From assembly GCF_018350175.1 (NCBI RefSeq), contig NC_058369.1, positions 4,650,001-4,714,000 on the forward strand: a stretch of DNA of 64,000 nt. The letters are read 5' to 3'. This stretch comes from Felis catus (taxonomy: Eukaryota). The notes under the pieces are model-generated. The model searched no databases. It was not told where the DNA came from and saw nothing but the letters and a program-made list of their open reading frames with translations. Shown piece after piece: positions 1 through 13,418 of this stretch (the first letter of the stretch is position 1; each line of letters begins with the position of its first letter). The position numbers were made by a program, and so were the translations under genes.

Positions 1-332
1 CAGTCAGAGAAAGACAAATACCACATGATTTCACTCATATGTGGAATTTGAGAAACTTAACAGATGATCATGAGGGAAGGGAAGGAAAAATAAGATAAAA
101 ACACAGAGGGAAGCAACCACAAGAGACTCTTAAATATAGAGAACAGACTGGGGGTTGATGGGGGGGGGCGGGGGAGAGGGGAAAGTGGGTGATGGGCATG
201 AAGGAGGGCACTTGTTGGCATGAGTACTGGGTGTTGTATGTAAGTGACGGATCATTGGGTTCTATTTCCTGAAGCCAACACTGTACTGTATGTTGGCTAA
301 CTTCAGAATTAAAAAAATAACAAGAAAAAATA
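1..332 (+). mobile_element. Carnivore L1 3' end
   Basis: CAGTCAGAGAAAGACAAATACCACATGATTTCACTCATATGTGGAAT, G-rich 3'UTR and A-rich tail, same sequence family as 10120-10460. Confidence 0.85.
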
Positions 333-968
333 TTGCTACATATTTTGTCTTCATTTATAGACCTCGAGCAAACACATGCTTTTAAAGAGCTTTGTGGTAT
401 TTCGCCAGAACGTGCTGAGCCCTCACAGGTTGGTGAAAGTGTTATGGCTTCCTTTTTATTTATTCATTCATTTATTGCAGTTACAAATGACTCAGACAGG
501 ACTTTGTACGTAAATTTTGTTCACCATTGGGATTATCTCTGTGATGCAAGTTCCTGGAGGTTCAATGACCGAGTGGGGGCGGTGAAGGTGCTAGATGTAC
601 ATCTACATCTCAACACAACTTGACACATTGCACACAGAACACTGCGAGATAGGAGCGTGCCCGCATTTGCTGCAAAACAAACTCGGTTTTAATTACTGAT
701 TTGAGAAGCCAAAAAAGAAAAGATCTTATTATTTTCTAGTTGGCTGCTTATTATTTATGTATATGTAACAATTATTATTATATCATATAAGATACACTAT
801 ATTATATACAGCATATAATACACAATATGTAATAAATACATTATTATATCTTATGAATATTATATATGTGTGTATATCATATACCATATAATAAATATAT
901 TATTTTATAATATAAAATATTATATATTGTGTATGTATATTATATACAATATGTATATACAATTCTAT

Positions 969-1298
969 CAGAAGCTGGCAAACCATGGCCCTGTACCGAT
1001 TCTATCCAATGTCTTCTTTTGCATGGCCTGCGAGCTAAGAATGACATTTGTGCTTTTAAATGGTTAAAAAAATAAAACAAGAATAGTATCTTGTGACACG
1101 TGAAAGTTACATGAAATGCACATTTCAGTGTCCACAGATAGAGTTTTATTGTCACACGGCCACATTTGCTGATATACCGTCTGTGTCTGCTTTTCGGGTA
1201 CAATGGCAGAGCAGAGTCCTTTCCACAGGGATCGTATGGCCCCCAAAGCCAAACATATTTAACATCTGGCCTCTACAGCAGACGTTTGCCAACCCCTG
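969..1298. mobile_element. MER58-type hAT-Charlie DNA transposon
   Basis: Terminal inverted repeats CAGAAGCTGGCAAAC ... GTTTGCCAACCCCTG and internal GCGAGCTAAGAATG resembling MER58B. Confidence 0.75.
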
Positions 1299-1434
1299 AC
1301 CTATATGACTGATTAGCTCTGCTGATGGGTTCGGGCTACTCAGAAGTGTTTTAGAGGAGAGAATCTTGGGGAGACCCTTTATAACCTAATCTGCATTCAA
1401 TTCCTTAAGTTCTGGTGGTTTTGCCAGAGCCTTT

Positions 1435-1669
1435 TCTTTTCTTTTTAATTTTTTTAATGTTTATTTATTTTTGAGAGACAGAGAGAGAGAGAGAGACAGA
1501 GCGCAAGCGGGGGAGGGGCAGCGAGAGAGGGAGGCACCGAATCGGAAGCAGGCTCCAGGCTCCGAGCTGTCGGCACAGAGCCCGACGCGGGGCTCGAACT
1601 CAAGGACTGTGAGATCGTGACCTGAGCCGAAGCCAGACGCTTTAAGCAACTGAACCCCCCACGTGCCCC
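1435..1669 (-). mobile_element. CAN-SINE (tRNA-derived) with TSD
   Basis: Full SINE flanked by TGCCAGAGCCTTT (1422-1434 and 1670-1682). Confidence 0.9.
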
Positions 1670-3153
1670 TGCCAGAGCCTTTGTGATAGAAGAGAAAATA
1701 TCCAAGTGCGTTCACACCAGGGAAAGGTAACTACTATTTTGTGAAACTTTTGTTTCCGTTTGATAAGTACCTGGAAATGCAGGTGATGACGCTGTGGACA
1801 TCTGGTAGGGGTCATAGCCATGTCTCCTGCACCCTGGAAGTGTCCCCCACTCACTCAATTGGCTGCATTTAGAGGCAGGCTGAAGGGAGGCTCCCTGAAC
1901 GCTCCTCCCCGAATCCACGCACAGAGGAGCGTTTCGCGTAGGCATGTGCGGCTAGACTGGGGTCTCAGCCCAGCCCTACGGCAGCCCTTTCTCGGTGCCT
2001 TCTCTGGGGCCCCCACCTCAGGGTGGACTGCCAGGGACTCCAGGGAGAAGGGTCCCAGACCCCCAAACCTCTTCTCCACCTCAGAGACCGGCACGTTCAG
2101 CCCCCTCCAGTTTTTCAGGCAAGAGCACTGAGGACCAGAGTCAGTAACTCTGTCCAGGAGGAGCAAGAAACAGGGAGACCACAGAGAAGCCCTGAATCTC
2201 AAACTTCCGTGCCCCTCCCCCCGGCTCTGGAAAGCGGTGGGGTCAAAGTAACAGGGCAAGACTGAGGGAGGCATCTGGGACTGAGCTCCCAATCCCCAAG
2301 CCCCCAAAACATCTCCTGGACCCACCAAGTTCAAATCCTAGCTCTAAGTGCCACGGTGACCCTGGGCATATCTTTCGCCTCCCCTTTGACTGAGCGCCCT
2401 CAGTATGCGCAGGGCACAGAGCAAAGCACGTTGCCTGCACCACCCACCGACCGTCCCAGAAGCTCCAGGGCCAAGGGCGGCCTGCCTTATTCACCACAGT
2501 CTCCCCAGCACCCCGCAGGAGGAGAGGCACGGCCACATGAATCTTCGGCCGCTTGCGTCTTCTAAGCTTTCCTGAAATGCCACTGCCATCCAGGCATTTT
2601 GAGCCCTTCCGATATGGCCTCATACCAAGGATGGGGGGAAAGAGGACTACTGTGCCCAGAACTGAGGGGTCCCCGGGACAAGAGACTTCCGATGCTGAAA
2701 CCAGGATAGTCCCCAGCAAACTGGAATGAGTTTGTCAACCTAAGCTGGGCGTACAGCTGAGAACAAAATAGACACAGCCGTCTCCTCCAGGAAGCCCTTC
2801 CTGATCCATCCCTCTGCCACTGGCTCATGGATCACCTCTGCCCTCCCCGCTCCCCAAGGCTGCCCCCGCACCTCCCATTAGAGCACCATCACCCTGGCTT
2901 GCGAATGCCTGGAGTCACATGCGTGTCCTCCGCTCCAGGGGAACAGGGAGCCTGGCTATTTTCCTGGTCACCGCTGCATTGCCAAAACCTACCACAGATG
3001 CCCCATGAATGAACAAAGGCCAGCACTCCTTGCCTAACAGACGGACGAAAGCTCAGAGAGGTGAACGCTCCAGCAGGATTCTCCAGCGGCCGTGTGGAGA
3101 AGCCGGGGTTTGAAGCCCCCGTCCGGCGAGACCGCTGCCCCCAGCCCTCTCAC

Positions 3154-3246
3154 CGTGTTGTAGAACTCGGCCACCAGCTCCGAGTGCTGAAAGTTACTCT
3201 CGCACCAGTCCACCTCGGAGCTCTGGTAGGCGAAGATGCTGGGCAT
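3154..3246 (-). CDS. ACER1: Alkaline ceramidase 1, first coding exon (rest of gene lies beyond window start)
   Basis: Encodes MPSIFAYQSSEVDWCESNFQHSELVAEFYNT (31 codons, 93 nt), the recognisable ACER1 N-terminus with the DWCE-N motif; ends at donor ACG|GTGAG (3154/3153); divergent from CLPP as in human. Confidence 0.95.
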
Positions 3247-4221
3247 CCTGATGTGGCGCCCGCTGCCCACTGGCTGAGTCTGGCGGAGAGCAGCATGAGA
3301 GCCTAGGAGGGCCGGGCCGGGTGAGACGGGCAGAGGGCAGCTGTTGCTCCACAGCAGGGAGGAAAAACCTGCCGAACCGCTCCCCGGTTGCACCAGGACG
3401 GCCTACCTGTGCGGCGGCGGTGGCAGCTGCCCTGGGCAGAAGCCGAGGGGCTGGCACCATCCAGGCAGGGCACGGGAGGGCCAGATCATGGGCCTCCCGT
3501 CCCTACCCACGCGGAGTGGGAGTTAGGGGTCTGGTACGAGAACGGTGATTTAAAATATTAATGAGCCCCTGGAGACGAGTACCCTGGCTACCCCCGCTTT
3601 GGAGGCGGGCAGACGGAGGCAGAGAGAGCAAAGCCCCCTGCCGAAGGCACGCAAGGTGAAAACGCCACGACGTGGAAACAGGCAGCTGAGTCCAGACTCT
3701 AGGCTCTTACCCATTAGGCTGAACTATGTCCACGCTGTCAAAGCTCTGTGCTGCTACTCGCCACACGGGGGGCAAGGGCAGCACACCCAGCCCGAGGGGC
3801 TTGGCTCAGCTCCCTTGTCGTCCTTGGCTGTGTAACCTTGCCCTATCATTTCTCCTCTGGGGGCCTCGGTCTTCCTGTTTGTGCTATGGGAAGGCGGGGC
3901 TGGATTGAAGCCATTTCTCTCGGGTGGTCAAAACTACGCCCAGAGTGTCCCAGCTTCTACCAGGGGCCACCTGCAAAACCCCCATGAAGGGAGGGATCTG
4001 CAGAGTTCCAAGTCTGGGGGTCCCTGGGCCTGGCTTCCAAGGGCTGTGGCAAGCGCTGGTTTTGGAGTCAGCAAGGCCTGAGTTTGAATTCTGACTTCCT
4101 CCCCTTCCTAAGCTGTGTGACCTCCTGGGCAAGTGAATCCACCTCTCTGAGCCTCAGTTTGCTCATCTGTAACACAAGGAGGGTGGCGGTAGGCCCAGGT
4201 GTCTTTATAAAGGCACACAGA

Positions 4222-4428
4222 GGGGCGCCTGGGTGGCGCAGTCGGTTGAGCGTCCGACTTCAGCCAGGTCACGATCTTGCGGTCCGTGAGTTCGAGCCCC
4301 GCGTCGGGCTCTGGGCTGATGGCTCGGAGCCTGGAGCCTGTTTCCGATTCTGTGTCTCCCTCTCTCTCTGCCCCTCCCCCGTTCATGCTCTGTCTCTCTC
4401 TGTCCCAAAAATAAATAAAAAACGTTAA
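4222..4428 (+). mobile_element. Young felid SINEC_Fc-type SINE
   Basis: GGGGCGCCTGGGTGGCGCAGTCGGTT...CTTCAGCCAGGTCACGATC...(CT)n...AAAATAAATAAAAAACGTT. Confidence 0.9.
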
Positions 4429-5220
4429 GATGGGAATAATAGTGCCTCTCAGAGCTGCTGTGCAAAGTTTGCCTTAACTGCTGGTGCATCCACTTCCCAT
4501 TCATGGCAGGGAAATAAATTGATTTAAGCTTTATAATTCTGGGGGTAGTTACATGAATCTATACATGTGAAGAAATTGCACACACACACACACACACGAA
4601 CGAATATAGCAGGTGTTGAGATCTGAATCAGTTCTGTAGATTAATCGATGTAAACGTCCTAATTTTGAAACTGTACCACTGGAGAAAACTGAATAAAGGG
4701 TACAGGAGACCTCTCTGTGAAATTTTTGCAACTTCTTGCGAGTGTACAATTATTCCAAAATAAAAGAGTTGTGTTTCTTTTTCATTAACTGATTTAGGTT
4801 TTCAACTGGAGGAAGAACGGATCAGCAGACTGTGGTATATCAACACAATGGAATATAAAGGAGCCTGCCTTATAGAAAGAAATCCTGGCACCTGTTACAA
4901 CGTGGATGAACTTTGAGGACATTGTGTTCAATGAAATAAACCAGACACAAAACAACAAACACTGTCTGGTGTCCCTAGAGGCGTCCCGTCCACAGAGACA
5001 GAGAGTGGATGGTGGGAGCCAGGGGTGAGGCAGGGGGTGGGGAGTCCGTGTTTCATGGGGACACAGTCTCAGTCTGGGGAGGTGAAAGTTCTGGAGACGG
5101 ATGGTGGGCAGGGCCGTACCATTATATGGAAGTCCTTTATGCCACAGCTTAGCCATGCAAACCGTTTCAAAATGGTTCAGATGGTCAACTTTAGGTTGTG
5201 CATATTTCACCACAGTTTTA

Positions 5221-5447
5221 TTTATTTATTTTTTAATTTTTTTTAACGTTTTATTTATTTTTGAGACAGAGAGAGACAGAGCATGAACGGGGGAGGGGCA
5301 GAGAGAGAGGGAGACACAGAATCGGAAGCAGGTTCCAGGCTCTGAGCCATCAGCCCAGAGCCCGACGCGGGGCTCGAACTCACGGACCGCGAGATCGTGA
5401 CCTGGCTGAAGTCGGACGCTTAACCGACTGCGCCACCCAGGCGACCC
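5221..5447 (-). mobile_element. Young felid SINEC_Fc-type SINE with TSD
   Basis: TSD CACCACAGTTTTA at 5208-5220 and 5449-5461; inserted at the end of an old L1 3' fragment (~4820-5210). Confidence 0.9.
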
Positions 5448-6284
5448 ACACCACAGTTTTAAAAAGCCAATGGTTTAGGTTTCTAAAGGGGGTTTTGTCT
5501 GATAAAACATCAATAAATAAGAGTTCAGGCAGAAGGTAGATAACATGAAAATCTTGAGGGTGGTCTGTGAAAGTCAGAAATTTGGGGACTACTGAGGCGC
5601 GTGCTCAGGGCCCAGCCCAGAGCCTAATGTGGCTGCTGTCACTGGTATACTCCTTGTTGTTATTATTATCCACAACTTGTCAGAGCTTCCATTTTCCACC
5701 CCCTGCCAGGTGCCCAGAGAGCTGCCTTCCAGATCCTCTGGGAAGACGGGAAAGATGCCAGGTTTGGAGATGAGATAAGTTCCCAGAGCCTGAATTAAAA
5801 GTGCTGCCCGAGTGGCTCTCTACTCCCCCAGAGCAGCTGGAATCCCACTGTCTAGCCTTAGCCCTGGCCCCCAAATCCCCTCCCCAAGTGGGCCAGGAGA
5901 GCAAACATATACCAACCCCACCTCTCCCAGTCCAGCTGAAAGTGGAGAGCCTGAGTCCCTGAAGGCGGGGCGGGGGGGGGGGGGGGAGGGGGCGAGGTGC
6001 AGGGGGCGGGGTGCTGAGCACTCTGAGGCCCCTCGCTGTTCAAATCCAGGGCAGGGTACAACTGTCGGGATCTGGCCATCAGGGACCTCAGTGAAGGGTT
6101 TAGCAGCAGGAAGCAAGGTGGTGACAGGTGCCCATGTCCGGTCCAGCCTGGAGAGTTTGGGAAATCATCCTGCACAGAGCCGACTAGGAAAACAGCACAG
6201 CCAGATAAGTGTGTGATTTCTCTCTCTGCTAGGGAGAGAGACGGAGGCTAGCGTGTGCAAAGGGCCAGAGCCTGGGAGAAGGGG

Positions 6285-6690
6285 TGTATGAGTTCTGGGG
6301 GCTGCTTACAAATTAAGACAGTGGCTTAAAACAACACACACATATTATGCTACAGTTCTAGAGATCAGGAGTTTGAAATGAGTCTTATGGGGCTAAAATC
6401 AAGGTGTCCACTGGACTGGCTCCTCCTGGAGGCTCTAGAGGAGAATCCATTCCTTGCCTTTTCAGCTTCTAGAAGCTTCCCTCATTCTTTGGCTCTGGGG
6501 GGGGGGGTGCATCCTCCATTTCAATGCATGCTGCTCCCTTTTGGATTCCATCATCACACCTCCCTCTCTTTGACTGTGACCCTCTTCCAAGGACCCTGGG
6601 ATGACACAGGGACCACCAGGACAATCCTGCAGAGTCTCTTTGCAGGTAACATTCCCAAGTTTCAGTACCAAGGATGTGGGTATTGGGAAG
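6285..6690. mobile_element. MLT1 (MaLR) LTR
   Basis: GTGGCTTAAAACAACAC...ACAGTTCTAGAGATCAGGAGTTTGAAATGAGTCT...GGAGAATCCATTCCTTGCCTTTTCAGCTTCTAGA, typical of MLT1. Confidence 0.7.
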
Positions 6691-7574
6691 AAATGCTAAT
6701 CTACTCACCAAGGGGGAAGGAGGAGGGTCTGGGGGTAGCGGCATTGGGGGCTGAGAAGAGGGATGAAATAAATTCGGGCTAGATGGATATGCGCACAGAA
6801 TTGGGGATGAGAATGGGCATGGGGCTGGGGAGTGGACAGGACGATGGGGTGTAGAGGGGTTTGGGAAGGGGCTGGAGACTGGGTTGGGGTTGGAGAAGAG
6901 GTCAGGGGTTTATGGCAGAATTGGAGATCGAGGTGCTGGGGATGCAAAGGGGCCAGTGTGGGCCTGTGGGTGGGGCTGGGACTCTGTCTCTGGTGGACAA
7001 GGGCATCCCTCCCACTCCCCTCACCCGGGCAAAGGTCTCACGTGTTCTTATTGGGGGGGAGGTCTCTTCCACTCTTCTTCTCCCTCCCTTCAACACCCTC
7101 CCCAGGTTTGAAGCTGGGGTCTGTCCTTGGCTTCTGTCAACTGCCAGTGCGCACCTGGTCCAGGTAACCGGTCACAAAGACCATCAGGCATCCCAGCCCC
7201 GCCACGCTGCTCAGTTGCAAGGCCACTGTTAACTCCTCTCACCCCCACCATGAGCCTCAATAGGAAAGGGACAGATTTCTTCTTATCCGTGTTCTCATAA
7301 GCATCACATAACAGGTGCGCATCACAGAAAACACAAGTCAGCAAAGAGAAAATTAAACCCCCTGATCATTTTACAGTCTGGCCATCCTAAGTGCTGTAAA
7401 TATTGAGATATTTTCAACTTAAAAAATTGTTTATATAATTTTTTAACAAAGATTTGGGTATATGTATGTTTGTTACCGAATTTTTTCACTCAAAGTGTCA
7501 TTAATACCCTTCCATAGTTCAAAGCATATAGAAAACCACATATGACACAAAACTTACCATCTTAGCCATTTTAA

Positions 7575-7634
7575 TCTATGTATCTATGTATCTATCTATG
7601 TATCTATGTATCTATCTATCTATCTATCTATCTA
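7575..7634. repeat. (TATC/TATG)n tetranucleotide microsatellite at a SINE tail
   Basis: Seen directly; adjoins a minus-strand SINE at ~7635-7807. Confidence 0.9.
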
Positions 7635-8600
7635 TTTATAGAGAGTGGGAAAAGGACAGCGGGTGAAAGGGAGAGAGAATCCCAAGCAGGCTCCACACTA
7701 TCAGGGCGGAGCCCGAGGCGGGGCTTGAACCCACGAACTGTGAGATCATGACCTGAGCTGAAATCAAGAGTCTGATGCTTAACTGACTGAACCACCCAGG
7801 CGCCCCACCATCGTAACCATCTTTAAGTTCACAGCTCAGGGGCACCAAGCATATTCACATTTTTGTGCAACCACCCCACCATCTGTCTCCAGAACTTTCC
7901 ATCTTCCCACACAAGACTCTGTCCCTAAGAAATACTGACTCCCCACCCCCTCTCCCAGCCCCAACACCCACCATCGACTTTCTGTCTCTATGGATGTCAC
8001 TCCTCTAGGGACCTTCTATGAGTTCCAGTCTGAGTTTGAAGGCCAAAGAGCCAGAAACACCCATGTCCAAGGGCAGGAAAAGCATCTCTCTCAGGCATAG
8101 AGCAAAGTCCCCCTTCCTCCACTCTTTTCTTCTATTTGGGCCCTCCGTGGCTGGGATGATGTCCATCTACGCTGGTGAGGGCATCCTGTTCACAGAGTCC
8201 ACTGATTCAAATGCTAATGCCTTCTAGAAACACTCTCACAGACACGCCCAGAAGAAATGTTTTACCAGTTACCTGGGCATCAGTCAAATTGATACATAAA
8301 ATGAAGCATCACAATGGGTGCCTCACTATCATTTTCTTTTCTTTTTCTTTTATAAATAATGTTACAGTGAACGTCTCAGAAGGCTTAATCTTCAGCAACA
8401 AATAATAACAAAGTCTAATGCTTCTCTATCCAATATGGTAGCCTCTGGTCACAAGGCTAAGCCCTTGAAATGGGGCTAAGTGCCATGTGTTAAAATAATA
8501 GTGTCTTGGATATTGGGTTAAATAAAGGATATTATTAGAATTCATGTCAGCTGTTCTGTTTTTCTTTCCCAAATGTGGCTACTAGAAAATTTTAAGTTCC

Positions 8601-9535
8601 CACAAACATATGGCCAACTAACCTTTGACAAAGCAGGAAAGAATATCCAATGGAATAAAGACAGTCTCTTCAGCAAATGGTGCTGGGAAAACTGGACAGC
8701 GACATGCAGAAAAATGAACCTGGACCACTTTCCTACACCATACACAAAAAGAAACTCAAAATGGATGAAACACCTAAATGTAAGTCAGGAAGCCATCAAA
8801 ATCCTCAAGGAGAAAGCAGGCAAAAACCTCTTTGACTTTGGCCGCAGCAACTTCTTACTCAACACTCCTCCAGAGGCAAGGGAAACAAAAGCAAAAATGA
8901 ACTATTGGGACCTCATTCAAATAAAAAGCTTCTGCACAGTGAAGGAAACAATCAGCAAAGCTAAAAGGCAACCGACAGAATGGGAGAAGATATTTGCAGA
9001 TGACATGTCGGATAAAGGGTTAGTATCCAAAATCTATAGAGAACTTATCAAACTCAACACCCAAATAACAAATAATCCAGTGAAGAAATGGGCAAAAGAC
9101 ATGAATAGACACTTCCCCAAAGAAGACATCCAGATGGCCAACCGACATACTAAAAAATGCTCAACATCACTCATCATCAGGGAAATACAAATCAAAACCA
9201 CAATGAGATACCACCTCACACATGTCAGAATGGCTAAAATTAACAACTCAGGAAACAACAGATGTTGGCAAGGATGCAGAGAAAGACGAACCCTTTGCAA
9301 TGCAAACTGGTGCAGCCACTCTGGAAAACAGGATGGAGGTTCCTCAAAAAATTAAAAATAGAACTACCTTGGGGCGCCTGGGTGGCTCAGTCAGTTAAGC
9401 ATCTGACTTTGGCTCAGGTCATGATCTCGCAGTTCATGAGTTCAAGCCCTGCAGCAGGCTCTGTGCTGATAGCTCAGAGCCTGGAGCCTGATTTGGATTC
9501 TGTCTTCCTCTCTGTCTGCCCTTCCCCTGCTCACA

Positions 9536-9577
<42 letters not shown>

Positions 9578-10470
9578 AATAAATAAATATTTTCAAAATT
9601 TTTGATTAAAAAAAATAGAACTGCCTTAAGACCCAGCAATTGCACTACTAGGTATTTATCCAAAGGATAAAAAAAAATGCTGATTTGAAGGGGCACATGC
9701 ACCCCAATGTTTATAGCAGTGTTATTGACAATAGCCAAAGTATGGAAAGAGCCCAAATGTCCATTGACTGATGAATGGATAAAAAGGATGTGGTATATGT
9801 ATATACAATGGAATATTACTCAGCAATCAAAAAGAATGAAGTCTTGGGGCACCCGGGTGGCTCAGTCGTTGAGCGTCCAACTTCAGCTCAGGTCATGATC
9901 CCACGGTTCGTGAGTTTGAGCCCACATCATGCTCTGCACTGACAGCTCAGAGCCTGGAGCCTGCTTTAGATTCTGTGTCTCCCTTTCTCTCTCTGTCCCT
10001 CCCCCACTCACATTCTGTCTCTCTCTCAAAAAAAAAAAATGAATAAACATTTAAAAAAATTAATGATGTCTTGCCATTTGCAACAATGTGGATGGAACTA
10101 GAGTGTATTATGCTAAGTGAAACAAGTCAGAGAAAGACAAACATCATATGATTTCACTCATATGTGGAATTTAAGAAACAAAACAGGTGAACAAAGGGGA
10201 AGAGAAGGAAAAATAAGATAAAAACAGAGAGGGAGGCAAAGCATACGAGACTCTTAAATACAGAGAACAAACTGAGGGTTGCTGGACGGGAGTGGGGGGG
10301 GGGGATGGGCCAAATGGGTGATGGGTATTAAGGCGGGCACTTGCTGGGATGAGCACTGGGTTTTATATGTAAGTGATGAATCACTAAATTCTATCGCTGA
10401 AATCATTATTACATTATATGTTAACTAACCTGGATTTAAATAAAATAAATAAAAAATATAATGGAAAAAA
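8601..10470 (+). mobile_element. 5'-truncated L1 (ORF2 C-terminus plus 3'UTR), interrupted by two SINEs and inserted into a MER33-like element
   Basis: ORF 8573-9355 translates L1 ORF2 ([29 protein letters not shown]...[10 protein letters not shown]); SINEs at ~9371-9615 and ~9846-10062; flanks TAAGTTCCCA / TAAGTCCCA rejoin a MER33-like sequence (8420-8600 plus 10477-10525). Confidence 0.9.
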
Positions 10471-12665
10471 ACCCTGTAAGTCCCATATGTGGCTCACATA
10501 AGATTTCCACTGGATGGGACTGGACTAATGATGTTGTCAGGAAGTACCAAGCACTGTGCTACCATTATCTCCTTTCATTGCCCCAGATACCGCAGAAGCC
10601 CCAGGATATGGAAGTAAAACTGTTTCTGTAGCTTAGTCGCTAAGACACCACCCCCCACCTCGCCTCATGGGGTGATCTTATGGAGGAGAAAACAGAGGCT
10701 CTCAGAAGTTCAAGTGATCTCTCCCAGAGTCACACACAATGAGGGGACACCGTTTCTCAAAGGGTGGGGACCGCTTTATGGTCTTAAATAGCGTTGGATC
10801 CTATTGTGAGAAAGTCAGTCTCTTGATTTCTCTTCCCGGCTGTTTTTGGTCAATGAGAAAGCCTCCGTTGGGTGTTCCGGTACCTTCAGAGCCTCTCTAT
10901 CAATTCCTGGTCTCCCCTTCTGGGCTAGAATTTCACCTTTTGGCTTCTCTGTATTGATTTTTAGACAGCTTTATTGAGGTGTAATTGACATAGAATAAAC
11001 TTCGTATGTTTAAAGTATTCTCATTCAATACATCTGGACATATGCACACACCTTTGAAATCACCACCAAAATCCAGATAATAAACAGACCTATATTGTTG
11101 CTTTCTATTTATCTTTGTATTTATCTTGCCTTCTATTTACTGCTTTCTAGTTGATCTACTTTTCTAGCTCTCCATTTAGGGCAGCACTGTAGAATTGCCT
11201 TTGGGAATAAATGTGTGTATTAACACTTTTGAAAAATGAGTTCGTTTGAAAACAACGTTTAAGTAAATAATGGCTGCAGATACAGCTGGACAAAGTTTAA
11301 AATGTGAAAATTCCCAGGGTTGTAAAGGATGTGATTGAACAATTGGTGAAATTTGAATATTGACCGTATATTGAAATAGTATTGTATGACAATACGATTT
11401 TTGAATTTGATACATGAGTTGCAGTTATGTATGAGAGTGTCCTAGTCGTTAGGAGACACATCCTTCAATATTTAAGGGTGAAGGGACATGATGTCCACAA
11501 CTTGCCCTGAAATAGCAAAAATGGGGGGAGAGATGAGAGAAGGAAGGGGGGTGGGAGAGAATATGGCAAAATGTAAGTGATTGGGGAATTTGGGTGAAAG
11601 GTACATGGTTCTATGTATTCTTGCCATTTTTCTGTTGCAACAGAAATATTTCAAAAGAAAAAGAAAAAAAATATGTTGGCTCATCAAAAGCCAAAAATAT
11701 GTTGGCTCATTAATAATGAGGATGGGGAGAGCATCCTGTTATCCCTGACTGGTGGAAATGTGAGATGGTCAACCACTTTGGAAAACGATATGACATTGCC
11801 TAGTGTGTTATTGAGCAGACCAGGCCAATTGCTAGAATAAGACAATACATCAAATCTCAACGTCATAAGACATAAAGTGCGTTGTGTGCCTCTGCCCTGG
11901 AAGGCTGTCTGTCTGTCCGTCTGCCGGTCTGTCAAGTGGCCCAGGCTCCTTCCATCTTGTGATGTTCCATCCCCACACCATGTGACTTCCATCCCCAGCA
12001 TGAAGTTTTCAGGGTGCCCCGCCCCCCAAGTAGGAAAAAGAGAGCCTATGGAAGAGACGTTGGATTCTCAACCGCCTCAGCCCAGGAGGATTCCCCTCAC
12101 TTTAGCATACTTCCTATTGGTCACAATGAGTCCACGTGACCTCAACCAGACGCAAGGGGAGCTGGGAAATGTAGTTTCTGGCAGAGCAGTGGCTCCTCTG
12201 TGAAAACTCTACCCTGTGGAAAGGGAGCCTGAATCTTTGTCACGGAGCAGGCTGCCTCTGCCACATCCAGCAAAGCTGCAAACGAACATGCCCTGTGATT
12301 GGGAACGTCCCTCCTGGGTTCACATTCCTCGGAGAAACTCTCGCACATGGACTCAGGACTCGTGCACAAGATTATTGAGAGCTGGCTGAAACCCTGGAAG
12401 TCTGAATACTCACGAAAGGCGGACTCGATAAATGAACGATGGCATTTTCATTCAGTGGAATACACATAAGTGAACAGCAGGGACATGCATCCACATGAGT
12501 GACTCCCAACAAGATAATGCTGGACCAAAAAAAATGTCACAAGGCAGTACATCTATTCATAGAATGGCAAAAATCAGGCTACATTAAATAAATGATATTT
12601 AGGGTGGGGCTGCTACCCTCACACACGTGTATGGATGTATCTGTTGTTAAAATATTGCGGTATTG

Positions 12666-12896
12666 GGGGGCGCCTGGGTGGCTCAGTCGGTTGGGCGTCC
12701 GACTTCGGCTCAGGTCACGATCTCGCGGTCCGTGAGTTCGAGCCCCCGTCAGGCTCTGGGCTGATGGCTCAGAGCCCGGGGCCTGCTTTCGATTCTGTGT
12801 CTCCCTCTCTCTCTCTGCCCCTCCCCCGTTCATGCTCTGTCTCTCTCTGTCCCCAAAATAAATAAACGTTAAAAAAAAATTTTTTTTAAATAAAAT
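12666..12896 (+). mobile_element. Young felid SINE with TSD
   Basis: Flanked by AAAATATTGCGGTATTGG / AAAATATTGCAGTATTGG. Confidence 0.9.
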
Positions 12897-13418
12897 AAAA
12901 TATTGCAGTATTGGTTGGTACCTAGCTGCTGCTTCAAGGCTCCCTCACTCTGGTGGATCCCCGACCACACTGACTTTGTCCCTATGACCCTACAGACTTC
13001 TTCACGACCCAGCAGCTAATGGGTTAAGATCCGGTAACTATCTTTAATATTGCCTTGGGTTTAGGGAGACAGGCATATATGATTTTTTTAAATGTCTTAA
13101 AAAAAAAAAAAAGCAAAGGGATCGTGAATACCAAATCCAGAAGGGTGGTCATCTCAGTGGGAGGATCGGGGGAGACTATGTATCCACTAAGAGCCCCACA
13201 CGGGTTTTCATTGGGGTCAGTGTGTCTCCTTCCTGTTTACATCCCAATACTCCAGGACAACAAAGGGAAGATATCATTAAGCCCCATTAGAAGCCATCTT
13301 CAGGGCCATGTGAACTGTTCCTGCTTCCGACACATCCCCAAGTGGCCTCAAGGCTTCAAGAAATCCATCACCACTGCCTTCTAATGTGGCTTAACTCCAT
13401 TACTTATTTGCAGAAGCA

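Noticed and set aside
4222-4300. tRNA-like A/B boxes (TGGCGCAGTCGG, GTTCGAGCC) in many places
   Set aside because: Heads of tRNA-derived CAN-SINEs, not tRNA genes; the many recurring short ORFs (AQVMISRFVSSSPASGS..., GAEREGDTESE...) are likewise SINE translations.
8573-9355. 260-aa ORF
   Set aside because: Fragment of L1 ORF2, not a host gene.
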